A stretch of DNA of 64,000 bases. It comes from Salisapilia sapeloensis CBS 127946. Taxonomy: Eukaryota > Protista > Oomycota. The position numbers and the translations under genes are program-made. Below, piece by piece: positions 1 through 12,709 of this stretch. The stretch lies in assembly GCA_023334545.1 (NCBI GenBank), contig JAADVB010000074.1, positions 8,302 to 72,301 on the forward strand, written 5' to 3'. Each line of letters opens with the position of its first letter. The stretch's first letter is position 1. The notes beneath the pieces are model-generated. The model was not told the origin of the DNA. It made no database searches and saw nothing but the letters and a program-made list of their open reading frames with translations.

Positions 1-3000
1 AACTTATTTGCAGATGCCCTCGAAGCAGAGGTACAGAGAAAATGGAAACGAGCAATTTTGCTGGCATCAGCATGTGCTGTGATGGATCATTCATTCGTCC
101 AAGCAAACTTGCTTCGGGCTCGCTGCTGCAGGCGTCTTGGATTATGGCGTCAAGCGATTCAAGACCTAGGAAACGTAGTAACCCAGCATTCCTCTAACTG
201 CCAAGTCCATTTGCTTCGAGCTTGTCTTCATGCCAAGTCAAACAACTTAGATAAAGCTCTTATGGACGTGAATCGTACTCTTGCGCTTCATCCTCAGTAC
301 TTGGAGGCACTTTTATTGCGAGCAGACATTTACCAGAGAAAGCGATCCACTGCAGCTTCACTTCAGGACCTTACAACTGCGCTTACATTAGACCCGAATT
401 GCTGGAGAGCTTATTATGATCGAGGAATGATGCGTTTAAAGGCTGTGGAAGGAGATGAGGACAGCTTGGTATATCACTGGGAACATGCAACCTACGGACA
501 ATTGTTAACTAGCATCATTGAAGATTTCCTTGCTGCCGTCAAGAAGGGATGTACAATGGTTGAAGTGGTTGAAATAGTGGGCGACCTAGCCATTCGACTA
601 TACGAATTTACAGGCGATCCGACTATCATCAAGCAAATGATCACATCAACGTCTGAATTGCTGCACCATCTGAGCTCTGGGCGGCAGAGCTCATTCGTCA
701 ATCAGAAGGAAAAGAGCCCTGATTTGGACATTACCTGTGAAGAGGCTCTGAGAGCAGCCTTGTTGGTTCAGCGAGGACGGATGCATGCTTTGTTAAATGA
801 TTTTGTGAACGCTATTTCCAACTTTGACGATGCTGTGGTGAGTGACTACAGATACGCTATTGCACACATGTTTCGCGGGGCCATTGCATCCTTACAGGCA
901 CTTGATCGTGATGATAGTGCTTTAAATGCCAATATTCAGCATTTAAATCGATGTATCACCATTGATCCGACTGTGACCGGTGCATATGCTGTTCGAGGAG
1001 CTTTGCTGCTGCATAAGCTTCATTTCCATAGCGCTCTACAAGACTTTAAAGCTGCCGTTGCATCCGATCCAACGCTGTCGGAGGTTTGGCTCCAAATCGC
1101 GATGATATACTTAAACCATTATCACGATGCAGCCGAGTGTATCAAAGCCTGTTCGAATGCATTAACGGCTGACTCGACATTACCACGAGTGCTATTCATA
1201 CGAGCGGAAGCATATAGTCGCCAAGGGAACTTACTGGCTGCTTTAAGAGACTACAACAAAATACGAATGCTTCAGCCAACGGATTCTTGGGCTCAGCTTC
1301 TCAGCGGGAAGGTTTTACTTAAATTGCGTAAGCCACGACCAGCTCTGTACAATTTTATCTCTTTCATGGAAAGCAGAGCAAGTGTAGAGGATAAACATCA
1401 GCAAAGCTGTCATGTGCTGTGTGGAAAGGCATATAACGTACTAGCTCACTACAGAAAAGCAGTCGAGGAGTTTAAGCATGCCGTTACCCTAAGTCCGACG
1501 TCAGAGAACTTAGTCTTACTTTCCGAGTCGTTGCATTCCTTAGGTGATACAGAAAACTCGATGAAAGTGAGTGAAAGAGTAATTTCGATCGACCCAGAAA
1601 GTGATAAAGGATATATTCGTCGTGCCCAACTTTTGGTTTCTGTTGGTCGATTGACGGAAGCTTTGGTTGAATATTCGAAAGCCATTGAAATCTCGAGGAA
1701 AAACAGTTACGTATACTACGAACGAGGACTTGTTCGTAAGCTGCTGTACTTGTACTGGCGGAACCAGTACTCTGTTATGCACGCTTCGTCAAAAAAGAAC
1801 GAGAAAAGAAATCCGTTTTGCACTGCTGTCCCAGAAATTAATATATGCGAACGGAGTCTAATGGAAGAAGAGGATGAATCGGAAGTAGCTGGAAACAACA
1901 TGAAGAAATTTTTCGCAGGCACCATTGCAGATTTATCTACGTCCATTCGGCTATTACCGCTGTCTGCAGCCGCATATGTTGACCGAGCAGAGATGTATGT
2001 GATAGCTGAGGATTTTGCAAAGGCATTCATGGACTTTGATTCGGCCATTGAGCGTGACCGTAAGTATAAGAGAGCACATGTCAATTTGGGCGTATTGAAA
2101 TGTCAGTTTGGCTCATTTGCATCCGCCATTGGGGATTTCGACCAGGTAGCTTTCTTTTCATTTGCATCTTGTGATCAGTCAGATACTTACTATCGTTTTG
2201 TCGCAGGCAATCAAGTATGATCCAGTCTCCGGCGTGGCTTATTTTAATCGTGGCGTATGCTATCAGAGATTATCTCTCTGGGAACAAGCGGATGCTTCGT
2301 ACTCTACATGCATCGAACTCTTGTCCGATAGCTTGCGTGTAAATGCCTACCGTAACCGGGCTATAGTCCGTTGTGAAATTGGCAACTTCACGGGTGCTCT
2401 CGAAGACTTTGAATACGTCAGGCAGAGCGAACCTGGCGACGATCAGGTACAAAGTGGAATAGGATTAGCTCTTCTGCAATTGGGAAGAGATGAGGAAGCT
2501 GCCGAGTGCTTTACAGTATATGGAAAACAAAATCGAGATACTTACGCCGACAGTGGGAATGCATACTACAATATGGCAGCTACACAGTTGTCAAAGGTCA
2601 GCAAGCTAAAGCGGCGGGAGTATTTATCGAAAGCTATCCGGTTTTATGTCCGAGCTATTCGCTTTCAGCCGAACAGCATCGATTTGCGTTTAAATATTGC
2701 GAATTGTCTTCGAAAGATGAATGAGTTTACGAAAGCCATTGACCAGTGTCGGATGATCAATCGACTTGATCCTTTCGACCACAGGAGTATGAACGCTCAA
2801 GCGTTAGCTCTATATGATCATCGTAAGTACGCGAATGCGATTGAAAGTATGAATGGAGCTGTTCGAAGCTGCGTCGCTTCTTCTTCAGCACTCCGGAATA
2901 TCTTTCATGCATTTTCAGGGGCGGAGATTTCCCGCAATGCTATAGAACACAAAGTAGTCACGTCACCGGTGCGCCAGAAAAAAGATGAGAGGAAAAGCAG

Positions 3001-3586
3001 CTTGGAAACAAGCGTATCATCAGAAGTTTCTAATATGACTGTCAATGGTTCAGCCAGGCAAACATTGTCCTACTACATGCTGAATCGCGGCATTTACTTT
3101 GAAAGGCTTGGTAACTTGGATGATGCACGAACAAATTATATGGATGCAATTCATTTCGACGCAATGTCTACGCATGCGCATGTTTGTTTAGGAAGTCTAG
3201 CGTTCTTAGAAAAGAAGTATGAAGACAGTATTAAGCGATATAAGCAAGCGTTGGAAGTAGACTCGAATTGTGTCGTAGCGATTATCAATCTAAGTGTGGT
3301 GTACTTGGTTTTAAGCGAATGGAGTGAAGCTGTGCGGTACTTAAACCTAGCAATTACAAAGGTGCCGTCGTGTGCCTATGCGTATGCAAACAGAGCGATC
3401 GCAATGCAAAGGCTTGGGGAATTGTCCGAGGCAGAGGAAGACATATCTCGAGCCATTAAGATTATACCGACACAGCACGATTTCTATTTGGAACGAGCTA
3501 ATATCATTGCGAGGCAAAAGCGACAACGAGATGCTTTATTAGATTATTCCACTGCACTCCATTTAGGATACGAAGGAAAACTGTAA
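1..3586 (+). CDS. Large multi-TPR repeat protein, 5' part outside the window
   Basis: Frame is open from base 1 (NLFADALE...). Many TPR-like motifs (AYFNRGVCY, AYANRAIA, YYERGLV). A phase-0 intron at 2146-2206 (CAG|GTAGC...TCGCAG|GCA) joins ORF 58..2220 to ORF 2162..3586 in frame. Confidence 0.88.
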
Positions 3587-3607
3587 AGATGAACGTTCCT
3601 CATCGTC

Positions 3608-5485
3608 TTAGCCGTAGCGAGCATCCTTGTCATTGAACCAGTCAAACTTTTCTTCTTCAAAGCCCAACACGACACTCTTCGATTGGGAGTACGCTCGAAG
3701 AGCCTCCATGCCATTCTCACGACTGCATAAATACATGAAGGGATTAGTAGTCGAACTCATGGTATTTATACTCAAATAAATGCATACCCGATCCCACTGT
3801 TCTTCATACCTCCCCACGGACTGGACGGGTCATTACGATGGTGATCATTCAACCATATTATCCCAGCATCTAGATGATGGGCGACACGATGACCTCTTTT
3901 CATGTCAGACGTCCACACAGCAGCTCCAAGGCCGTATACAGAGTCGTTTGCAAGCTTTATAGCTTCCTCTTCTTCCTACAACATCGCATGAATATATTTT
4001 CAAGTAGAGTACTTTTAATTACAAAAGTACTTTAAAGGAGTATGCAACGACGACTGGTCCAAAGACTTCTTCCTTCACGATTTCCATATCTGGCGTGACA
4101 TTGGTGATCACGGTTGGTTCATAAAAGTATCCCTGTTCTGCCATCAGCAATCTCGGTGCAATTTTACTACTAAAACTTTGCTTACGGTAAGATGACTTGC
4201 ACGCTTGCCTCCACATCGAATCGTAGCTCCTTGAACCTTTGCTCGTTGCACCATTGCGTCAATACGATTAAGGTGGTGCTGACTGATGACTGTCCCCATC
4301 TGCGTGTTCATATCCATCGGATCTCCTAGTCGAAACTTGGATACTTTGTTCACCAGTTTGTTCACAAATGGTTCAAATACGTCTTCGTGTAGGAGGAGTC
4401 TCGACCCAGTTACACAGGTCTGTCCACTCGCAATAAAACAAGCAAATGCGGCGCCATCCACCACTTCATCGATGTTGATGTCGTCGAAAATGACGAGAGG
4501 AGCTTTTCCACCCAGCTCCATCGTCGAGCTAGCGAGGTTATATCCCGCAGCTTGTGCAACTTTGCGACCAGTAAATGTACTACCAGTGAAGTCCATTTTA
4601 TTAATGACAGGATGCTGTGCAAGAGTACTGCCGGTAACGGAGCCGTCACCAGGCACACAATTCAGAACGCCTGATGGAAGTCCAGCATTGTAGCAAAGTT
4701 CTGCCAGCTCCAATACGGTAAGCGGAGCTAATTCAGAAGGTTTCACGACGACAGAATTTCCGGCAGCAATCGCTGGAGCTATCTTTTTGACAGCAATTAA
4801 AAGTGGATGGTTCCAAGGCGTAATCTACGTTCGTGTGAATCACGAGACTAAATTTATAATACTACGAAATGAAGTGCTGCTTACTTGTCCGACAACGCCT
4901 AGAGGATGACGACGGACATAGTTGATATAGCTGCCCAAGAAAGGAGGTACAGATCCTTCGGATGTGCGGACTAGAGCTGCAAAGTATTCAAACCACTCTA
5001 CACAGTATAAAGAGCCTTGTGGTATTCGATCAGAATGAAAGATGAAAAGACAAGAATGGACCTGGAATACGACCTAGCTGAGCTCGCATTTCTCGGATCG
5101 GACGACCTGTCTGTAGACTTTCTTTTTCAGCAAACTCTGGAATACGAGCACGCAATGCTGTCGCGATGTCATGCAAAACTACAGCTCGATGGGTAGGACC
5201 TGTCTTACTCCAGATCCCAGAATTGAAAGCTTCCTTTCCATTTAGGACAGCTCGATCTACATCTAAAGCAGTAGCAGACGCAACGGAAGCGATCTTCTTT
5301 GTCGTAGCAGGATTCTCAATTTCAAGCATCGTAGCGGCTGGACCACTAGACGACACTTGCTCACCATTGATGAATAGTCCATACTCGTCTTTAAAGCTGA
5401 TACTCGATGCATAAGAGCGTTTGAGTGAATGTAATGGCTTTATCCGAAAGAGAACGCGAGTTGAGATAGCAGAGGAGGACAGCAT
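3608..5485 (-). CDS. Aldehyde dehydrogenase, multi-exon, probable mitochondrial presequence
   Basis: Spliced motifs ITPWNHP, VVKPSELAP, FTGST, ELGGK (catalytic Glu), SGQTCV (catalytic Cys), EEVFGP, PWGGMKNSGIGRENG. Arg/Ser-rich N-terminus without acidic residues (MLSSSAISTRVLFRIKPLHSLKRSY). About 5 short introns. Confidence 0.93.
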
Positions 5486-5523
5486 CGGTCGCAGGGTATA
5501 ATGATCTGCAGATCTGATAATAA

Positions 5524-5745
5524 GGGGGGTTCAAAGTTGCAGAATCTTGTCTGATTTTCTTTACTTTCTGATGCCGACATTTTGACCACCGGGTCGTGAT
5601 ATTTTGGAGTCGGATATTACCATGGTAGGTATCTACGGGGGTACCTACCATGGATTATAGGACGAAAGAAATATAAGATTCCGGTGGCCAAAATACCAGT
5701 GCTCAAGACATGAACTTGACGATTTTTGACAACTTTGACTCCCCC
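5524..5745. mobile_element. Foldback/MITE-like element (long imperfect palindrome, GGGGG..TCAAAGTTG termini)
   Basis: Three nested inverted pairs: ends 5524-5546 with 5721-5745; 5579-5592 with 5681-5694 (13/14 match); 5620-5631 with 5642-5653 (12/12). The inner two pairs share centre 5636.5. Flanks are TAA and TAT. Confidence 0.65.
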
Positions 5746-6431
5746 TATAATGGTAACGGATTAATTTAAAACGTAGTAGTTTGCTTATAAAAAGCATTTG
5801 TTTCAAGTTCGCTGTCCACAACTGTTAGACCAGTGTGCCGGTGGAAATCGCTTGTCGTAGTACAAATCTCTCCTTCGACATCGAATACAGAACTTCACGT
5901 TCGATTTCTAGCCTTTAATTCGCAAAATTGGCGAAGAGATAGCATAAGGTGAAGTGAACGGTTATTTCTGTTGCGCACTGTAGCATTAAGGTTTGACCCC
6001 CTAATCTTGAAAAGCCGCGGCTACTTATCACTTCAAGAGTCTTTTGCGATGACCGAGTATATTTTCTTCCTTTGCTTGTTTTCACTGCGTACACATCACT
6101 CCTTTTGAACTATGTAATAGTCGGATCAACGCAGCTCGTTTATTGAAAGAAGATTGGGAAGCACGAGAGTCGTTTGAACGCGTCCAATTCACTCTACTTC
6201 AGATTACCGAGTTCATGAATGCATTCTGTACGAACAACATGAAGCGTCAAAATTTTTAATAGGTTTTTGGAGATAATGATGCAGTATATATGTATCAGAT
6301 GACCAGACGCGCCATCAGCTAGGTATGCTTGGTTCAAGACTTGCAAGAGTAGAGCGCAATTTGAGGTAAAATACCTGCATTGTCGAGTGATACTAATGCA
6401 TTAATATTGTCCGATATCTACCACGTAAAAG

Positions 6432-8604
6432 CTATCTTGAGAGCTCCTCACATCCATCCCTGAATGCAGTATCCAATACTCGTCCACCTGAGCCTATAGA
6501 TACATAATCGTATCTACAAAGCAGCTACTCGCTTACGTCCAGGAAGATGGAACGACTTGTACCGGTTTTGGGCTCTCTCTTTAGGTGGCAGCTTACGTTC
6601 AGCCATTTTAATAGATTGGATACCAGGAGATTCGAATGCAAGTTCGTTCGCCTCCTCAGTTTCTTCCATTTGCCCACTTTCATTGTTGTTAAACTCATGA
6701 TCTTGATCTTCAGTTGCATGCTTTAAGAGATAGTTTTTCATTTCATTTTCGATGACTTGAGGATCCACTTGATCGACTTTGATTTCTTCCGTATTATTGT
6801 CGCCAGTACTGACTTCCATAGGAGCTGGAGGTAATTGTCGCGGTGTCTGAGTTTCTGCTTGTACAACTATATTACTAGTCGAAGGTTCATTCAGTTCGAG
6901 ATGATAGATTGGGTCCGTCCCACAGCTAACGAGAACTTTTGAGCGTTGTGTCGGCAAAACTCTGTCCAAGGTCGTGGATAAGGTGCTCGTACCAGCCGAG
7001 TTAGTATCCTTTGCTTTGTCCGACAACCCACTATCATTGATTTCTTTCCTCCTTTGATCACTTTTAAAACTTTTCTTTCTATCATTGTCATGAAGCATTT
7101 GCTTTACGTCTTCAATGCGTCTGACTACGTTTGCTTGAGCTTCTTCCATTTCACGAGGTGTAGCAATCTTCAGTAGGTTACCTACAAATCACACATTCGA
7201 TCAGTACTTTAATTCAAGAAACTACAGACAAGATGAGAGGTTACCATGACGTTCGAGTGGCTGCTGAAAGACTGGAGTGGGAGGTCGTGACGCAGATGTC
7301 GGCCGACTGCTTTGACTACTCTTGGGCCTGTTGATTGCCTTTGCTTTCTCTGCGGAAATAGCTTCTTCTTCTTCCTCTTTAGATTCACACAGAGTTTGCT
7401 TGAGTTTCGCATCGGTCAAGTCGTCGAGTGTCATCAAATTCGGGAAAGCAATTCCAATGTCCGATATGAAGCTACAGGAAAAAATCATGAGGTTCATCAG
7501 TACAAGTTTTGAGGACATAAGTACAACCTGTCAAGAGAGCAGCAAGGATTGCCCTTAACCCATAAATCTTGTAAATTTGACAATATCGATAGCACAGTAA
7601 GCGCTTCCACTTCTTCAAGGTCGTTGTTTCGTGCATCCAACGACTCAAGACTGGGACACAATCGAGCAAGCACCTGGACGTCGGATATATGATTTTCATA
7701 AATGTAAAGTTCGTTTAGCTTGGGCAAGACGCTATTGATCCCGTCAAGGCTTTGGAGTTGATTTCCGTTTAGACGAAGAACCTAGCACTCAAAGACTTAA
7801 TGTACACCATCTGCTGGTCGTGAACTACCTAGTGCTTACGGACAGATTTGGTGGATATATCCCAGCTATAGAACCGAACTTGTTGTTGCCAAGGTCCAAT
7901 TCTTCAAGCTTGATCAGATGGAGCAAGTTTCCAATGCTGGTGAGATGATTGTCACTCAAATTTAGGTATTCGAGATTTACGAGGTTATCCAATCCCTACA
8001 ATTTATAATGACAAACATAGGTGCTCAGTTCATATTCCATCGATTTGGGATACTAGGTGGAACGTACTGATGCAGCAGACCCTTGCAACGCGTTTCGACT
8101 CAAGTCCAAGTATGTTAGCAAGCGACAAGAGCGCAGATTGTCGACTGTCGAAAGCAGATTTCCATTGAGCCATAAGCTTTTAAGCTTGACCAAACTAAGT
8201 AAATCGGACGAGATTTCTTCAATTTGATTATCACCCAATAGAAGTACTTCCAAGTTTGTATTCCTGTCCATAGACTACATGAGCTTTCAAAGAAGTAGAG
8301 ATTGATATATGTCAATGCATTTACTCCATCAGACCATCCATTGATGTTAACAGGTTGTTATAAAGCTTGCATTCTCGGAGCTGTTTTGCTGTCTTTAGTT
8401 TCTTTAATGACTTTATCTTATTGAAAGATACGTCAAGCGAGCATAACTTTGGCAGCTTTGTTCGCAAGGATATGTGTCAAGACATGCAACGATTTCATTA
8501 CATGAGTATAAAACAGTTACCTCACTTAGGTCGCCAAGCTCTTGAATCCCGCGATTATGGCCATCAATTGCATACTTACTAGAGTTTGGTTCCGAGGACA
8601 GCAT
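6432..8604 (-). CDS. Leucine-rich repeat protein (SDS22-like LRRs) with coiled-coil/low-complexity C-terminus, multi-exon
   Basis: Spliced exons give LPKLCSLDVSFNKI, LEVLLLGDNQI, LKSLWLNGNLL, LNELYIYENHI, LQDLWVKGNP. The 3' end is ambiguous: stop at 6514 if unspliced, or 6432 if the GTAAGC donor near 6535 is used. Confidence 0.82.
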
Positions 8605-9046
8605 GACCTACACAGCCAGTAACGTTGCGCTCACTAAGCATGATCTTTATGCAAACGAATGAATTCAATGATATGGACGTACAAGTGTTGCACCATCGAG
8701 CTTTTCTATCTGACGCAAATTTTGACTGCGTTTACCTCGAATCTGGCTCATATTCGCTGACTCGAAGACAATCGATGATTACGAGTCCTTTCGACAAAAA
8801 GAAACCGTTTCATGTCTATATTCTGCACAGCGGCTAGTTGTGACTTATTACCCCACTCTACTACAATCTCCTACCAGAAGAAGCACTAACGTTGGACAGA
8901 GAACTAGGTGGTGTCCGACCAGACCGAGTCCGCGTCCTTGAAGGGCTCAACTTGAAGTTGTATTGAAGTTGTATTTTCAACCAATCGCACCGCTCGACTG
9001 CTACCTTCCAGTCACCAAAGCACGGACACTAAGCAGCATTGGCATT

Positions 9047-10773
9047 ATGAAGGTGAAAACAATCTCTCGTGCCGAGCAGGACTATACCAAGGAAGTATCT
9101 TCAGACAAGTCGAAAGTCTTTCGCAACTATGACCCTGCTCTGCACCCGTTTGAGCGACCGCGAGAGTACACGCGAGCGCTGAACGCGACGAAACTCGACC
9201 GAGTGTTTGCCAAGCCATTCGTTGGGTCATTAGATGGCCATTGTGATGGTGTCAGCTCGCTCGCAACTAGCCCCAAATCTCTCGTTGCCTTTCTCAGTGG
9301 TGCCAATGATGGTGAAGTACGTGTGTGGGATTTACCGCATCGTCGTTGTGTCTGGTCCTGCTATGGCCATAGTGCAAGTGTACGAGGATTAACGGTCGCA
9401 CCGGACGGAGAATCCTTTTACTCGTGCAGTGAAGACAAGACTATCAAACGCTGGCCACTGCATATTCCTGACGGTGAAAGTGACGTCCCAACGGTATATT
9501 CTACTCTGTTCGTGTCTTCTGCTGTGTCATTTACTCTTCTATGCTATAGCCACTAGCGACATTTACATCAAAGGAAGCATTCTTGTACGTTATCGAGTGA
9601 CTTTATGAGTGCATGCAGACGCTAATGTAACTGTATAGAGGGATAGACCATCATTGGGAGGACGATATTTTCGCTACATGTGGCTCGAGTGTCCAAGTGT
9701 GGGATCCGACTCGGTCGGAACCGATCCACAATCTGTCATGGGGCTCCGACTCGATCACGTCTGTCAAGTTTAATCCGTCTGAAACATCTCTGCTCGCGTC
9801 CACTGGATCAGACCGACAGATTACATTGCATGATACTCGTATGGCTTCTTCATTACGCAAAGTCGTGCTACAAATGCGTTCCAATGCCTTGGCATGGAAT
9901 CCGATGGAGCCTTTCAACTTTACTGCTGTACGCTCATCTACTGTCTAGCGTCTGTCTATACTCTCTCATGCTGTCTTATAGGCCAATGAAGATCACAACT
10001 TGTATACATTTGATATGCGTAAGCTGAATCGAGCGCTGATGGTCCACAAGGACCATGTTTCTGCCGTGTAAGTCTCTATGATCGGTATGTACGTGAACGA
10101 TCTACTGACTGCTTTACATGACAGAATGGACGTGGCGTACTCGCCAACTGGCAAGGAATTTGTCTCAGGCTCGTATGACCGGACGATTCGCATCTTTAAC
10201 ATCCGACAGACAAAGAGTCGGGAAGTGTATCATACGAAGCGGATGCAACGGTAAGTACTTGCCACCTACTGTATTCTGTGGATGTTTGTAAAGTGTTTGG
10301 CTCTAGTATCTTTTCGGTCAAGTTCAGTGCCGACTCGTCTTTCGTCTTGTCTGGCAGCGACGACACGAACGTTCGTATATGGAAGGCGCAAGCTTCGAAG
10401 AAACTTGGCAAGGTCGGCGTCTTATGATTTCATGTGGAAGAAATGGATGTTTCTGACAAGATGAGTAGATGGCTGCGCGAGAGCGTCGAAAGAACGAGTA
10501 CAACGACAGTCTCAAGGACCGATACAAGCACATGCGGGAGCTTCACCGGATTTCCAAGTACAACTTCCTTTTCTATCTGACGGTTGTATCTTTTGCTCAA
10601 GCAGACGTAGGCATCGTCATGTGCCGAAAGCCATCAAGAAGGCAGCGGACGCCAAGCGGGAGGCCAGCAGTCGCGAACAAGAGAAGACTGCAAACCGTCG
10701 TGCGCATGCCAAGGAAGGCACCGTGCCCTATGCCAATACTCGGGATGCCACCATATTGCAAGAATACGAATAA
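9047..10773 (+). CDS. DCAF13: DDB1/CUL4-associated factor 13 (Sof1), WD40 SSU-processome protein, multi-exon
   Basis: N-terminus MKVKTISR...RNYDPALHPFERPREYTRALNATKLDRVFAKPF, WD40 repeats, and Sof1 C-terminus RHRHVPKAIKK...NRRAH, ending at TAA 10771-10773. Confidence 0.96.
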
Positions 10774-11083
10774 ACCAGATTTTGCATTTCAAATCGCAAG
10801 CCGGACATAGCTCCACCTGGGATCGACTGGCGTCAATTTTTCCTTCCGTTGCAGTTGCTGCTATCCCTCATCCGCGTTCGGCGTTATCAAATCGTTTCTC
10901 TTCACCTATCAACGGAAAGCCTCGTCGTTCTCTTCTTCCGTTCGTCTGAACCGAGGGATATACGCAAGCACCTGATTTAGGAGGCAGAAGGGGAGAAAAA
11001 GAGCGTTACATACGTATCGCGTAGTCTCTACCTCCATTCACATCCAAAAGTCCGACTGCGAAACACAACCAATAGATTCACGT

Positions 11084-12709
11084 ATGACGAAGTCTGCACT
11101 CGAGCTCGCCGAGTCGTCCGAATGGGCTGCTTTACTTCGGATGCTCGATGCGCAATCCGAAGCGGCGGAGCAACTGGATGACTTTGGCATGATGGTGCTC
11201 CATTGGAGCTGTACGGATGCCCATGTCCCGCTACGGATTGTCAAAAAGCTCGTCGAAAGCTATCCCCCGGCCGTCCAGCATAAGAATAAAGGAGGCCTCT
11301 TGCCACTGCATATTGCGATCAAAGCACGAGCCAAGTTGGAAGTGCTACAGACACTCGCCAATGCCGACGACAGTTGCGTCGGCGAAGAGACACCGTCCGG
11401 AGAGACTCCGTCGGAACTAGCGCAGAAGTATTCTTTGTCACCGGCGATCGTGTCGTACTTGCAGACGATCGAGGATAAGCTAAGAGACGACGGTCGCATG
11501 TCCAATCGACCGTCGTGGCGCATGCAATCCATGATGCTGAACTTACCGACCGGACCTGAAAAAACGCCAGAGGTAAGACAAACACCGGCGGTGCAAGCTA
11601 GCACACCGTTGCCGCCTCGATGGCGTCGAGACAAGACGTGTAACATTTGCCAGCTCAAATTTAACTACTTCAAGACCCGTCACCACTGTCGGAACTGTGG
11701 GGAATCAGGTATGTCTCCTTCTATCCCGCTTCTTGTTCCAAGAATGCTAATCTCTTGTCTAGTCTGTTCAACACATTCCAACCGGAAACTACCATTGCAG
11801 CACATGGCACTGCGCACACCTCAGCGCGTCTGTATATTATGCTATGACGAGTTGAATGAACATGGCGCAACGTCTGCTGTCGTGAATTTATATCCAAACG
11901 GGACGGAAGGACATGCTAAACCACATAGCATGAGCTTCGAGTCGAAGCTCCGTCCAACGATTTCGACCAATTCGATGCATTCGACATCTACTGCCAATTC
12001 GTCTGCACAGTCTATCAGTCTATTACGTCGACAGGAGTCCTCGCCAGTGTTGCATCCAGATCAGAGTGTCCAGTCGCCAGAAGAGTTAAACAAGTATGGC
12101 GAGATGCAGGAACAAGTGAATGAGTTACAGGCACATGTGGATCAGTTGATGGCGACGAAAAAAAGGATTGAAAAGGCTCTGGCTGATACAGGCGAACAAC
12201 GAGAGAAGTCGACGAGTGTCGCGGAAGGAGATGTTCTAAAGAAGGGTCGGTTGTTAGATCTGTCGAACTTGAGGGTTAATCGACTTGGACGAGCTACGTC
12301 GCGTAGCGCCGACGAGTCAGAATCCGGATCGGCGAAAGAAAATCGCGACGAAGCATCCGTCTACAAGGGCTTTGGCGTCTCGCTTTTGGATCAAGGAGAT
12401 ATCAACGGTGCAGCAGCCGAGTTCCGAAAGTCTGTTGCAGCGAATAGAAATGATTCGGAAGTCTGGTTTAACCTTGCACGAGCGTTGTACGCGCAAGGCG
12501 AACATGTCGATGCTGAAGTTGCGATTCGACAGGCGATTGAAATGAGTGAACGCAGTTATGCGGCCGTGACGTTACTAGGGAAGATTTTGTATTCAAGAGG
12601 AGATCATGACGCGAGTGCAGAGGCGTTTAAGGAGGCGCTGGGTCTGATGAACGATGAGGAAGAGTCTGACAGCGACGAGGATGTTGGGTCGACGACTGTC
12701 GGATGGTAA
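11084..12709 (+). CDS. Ankyrin-like + FYVE + coiled-coil + TPR protein
   Basis: GMMVLHWSC and GLLPLHIAIK ankyrin-like repeats; FYVE motifs WRRD, RHHCRNCG, RVC; C-terminal TPRs (VWFNLARALY). A 54-nt intron at 11709-11762 restores NCGESVCSTHS. Confidence 0.88.
   Translation: MTKSALELAESSEWAALLRMLDAQSEAAEQLDDFGMMVLHWSCTDAHVPLRIVKKLVESYPPAVQHKNKGGLLPLHIAIKARAKLEVLQTLANADDSCVGEETPSGETPSELAQKYSLSPAIVSYLQTIEDKLRDDGRMSNRPSWRMQSMMLNLPTGPEKTPEVRQTPAVQASTPLPPRWRRDKTCNICQLKFNYFKTRHHCRNCGESGMSPSIPLLVPRMLISCLVCSTHSNRKLPLQHMALRTPQRVCILCYDELNEHGATSAVVNLYPNGTEGHAKPHSMSFESKLRPTISTNSMHSTSTANSSAQSISLLRRQESSPVLHPDQSVQSPEELNKYGEMQEQVNELQAHVDQLMATKKRIEKALADTGEQREKSTSVAEGDVLKKGRLLDLSNLRVNRLGRATSRSADESESGSAKENRDEASVYKGFGVSLLDQGDINGAAAEFRKSVAANRNDSEVWFNLARALYAQGEHVDAEVAIRQAIEMSERSYAAVTLLGKILYSRGDHDASAEAFKEALGLMNDEEESDSDEDVGSTTVGW

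Noticed and set aside
8953-8974. 11-bp tandem duplication TGAAGTTGTAT in the LRR/DCAF13 promoter
   Set aside because: Only two units; consistent with simple slippage.
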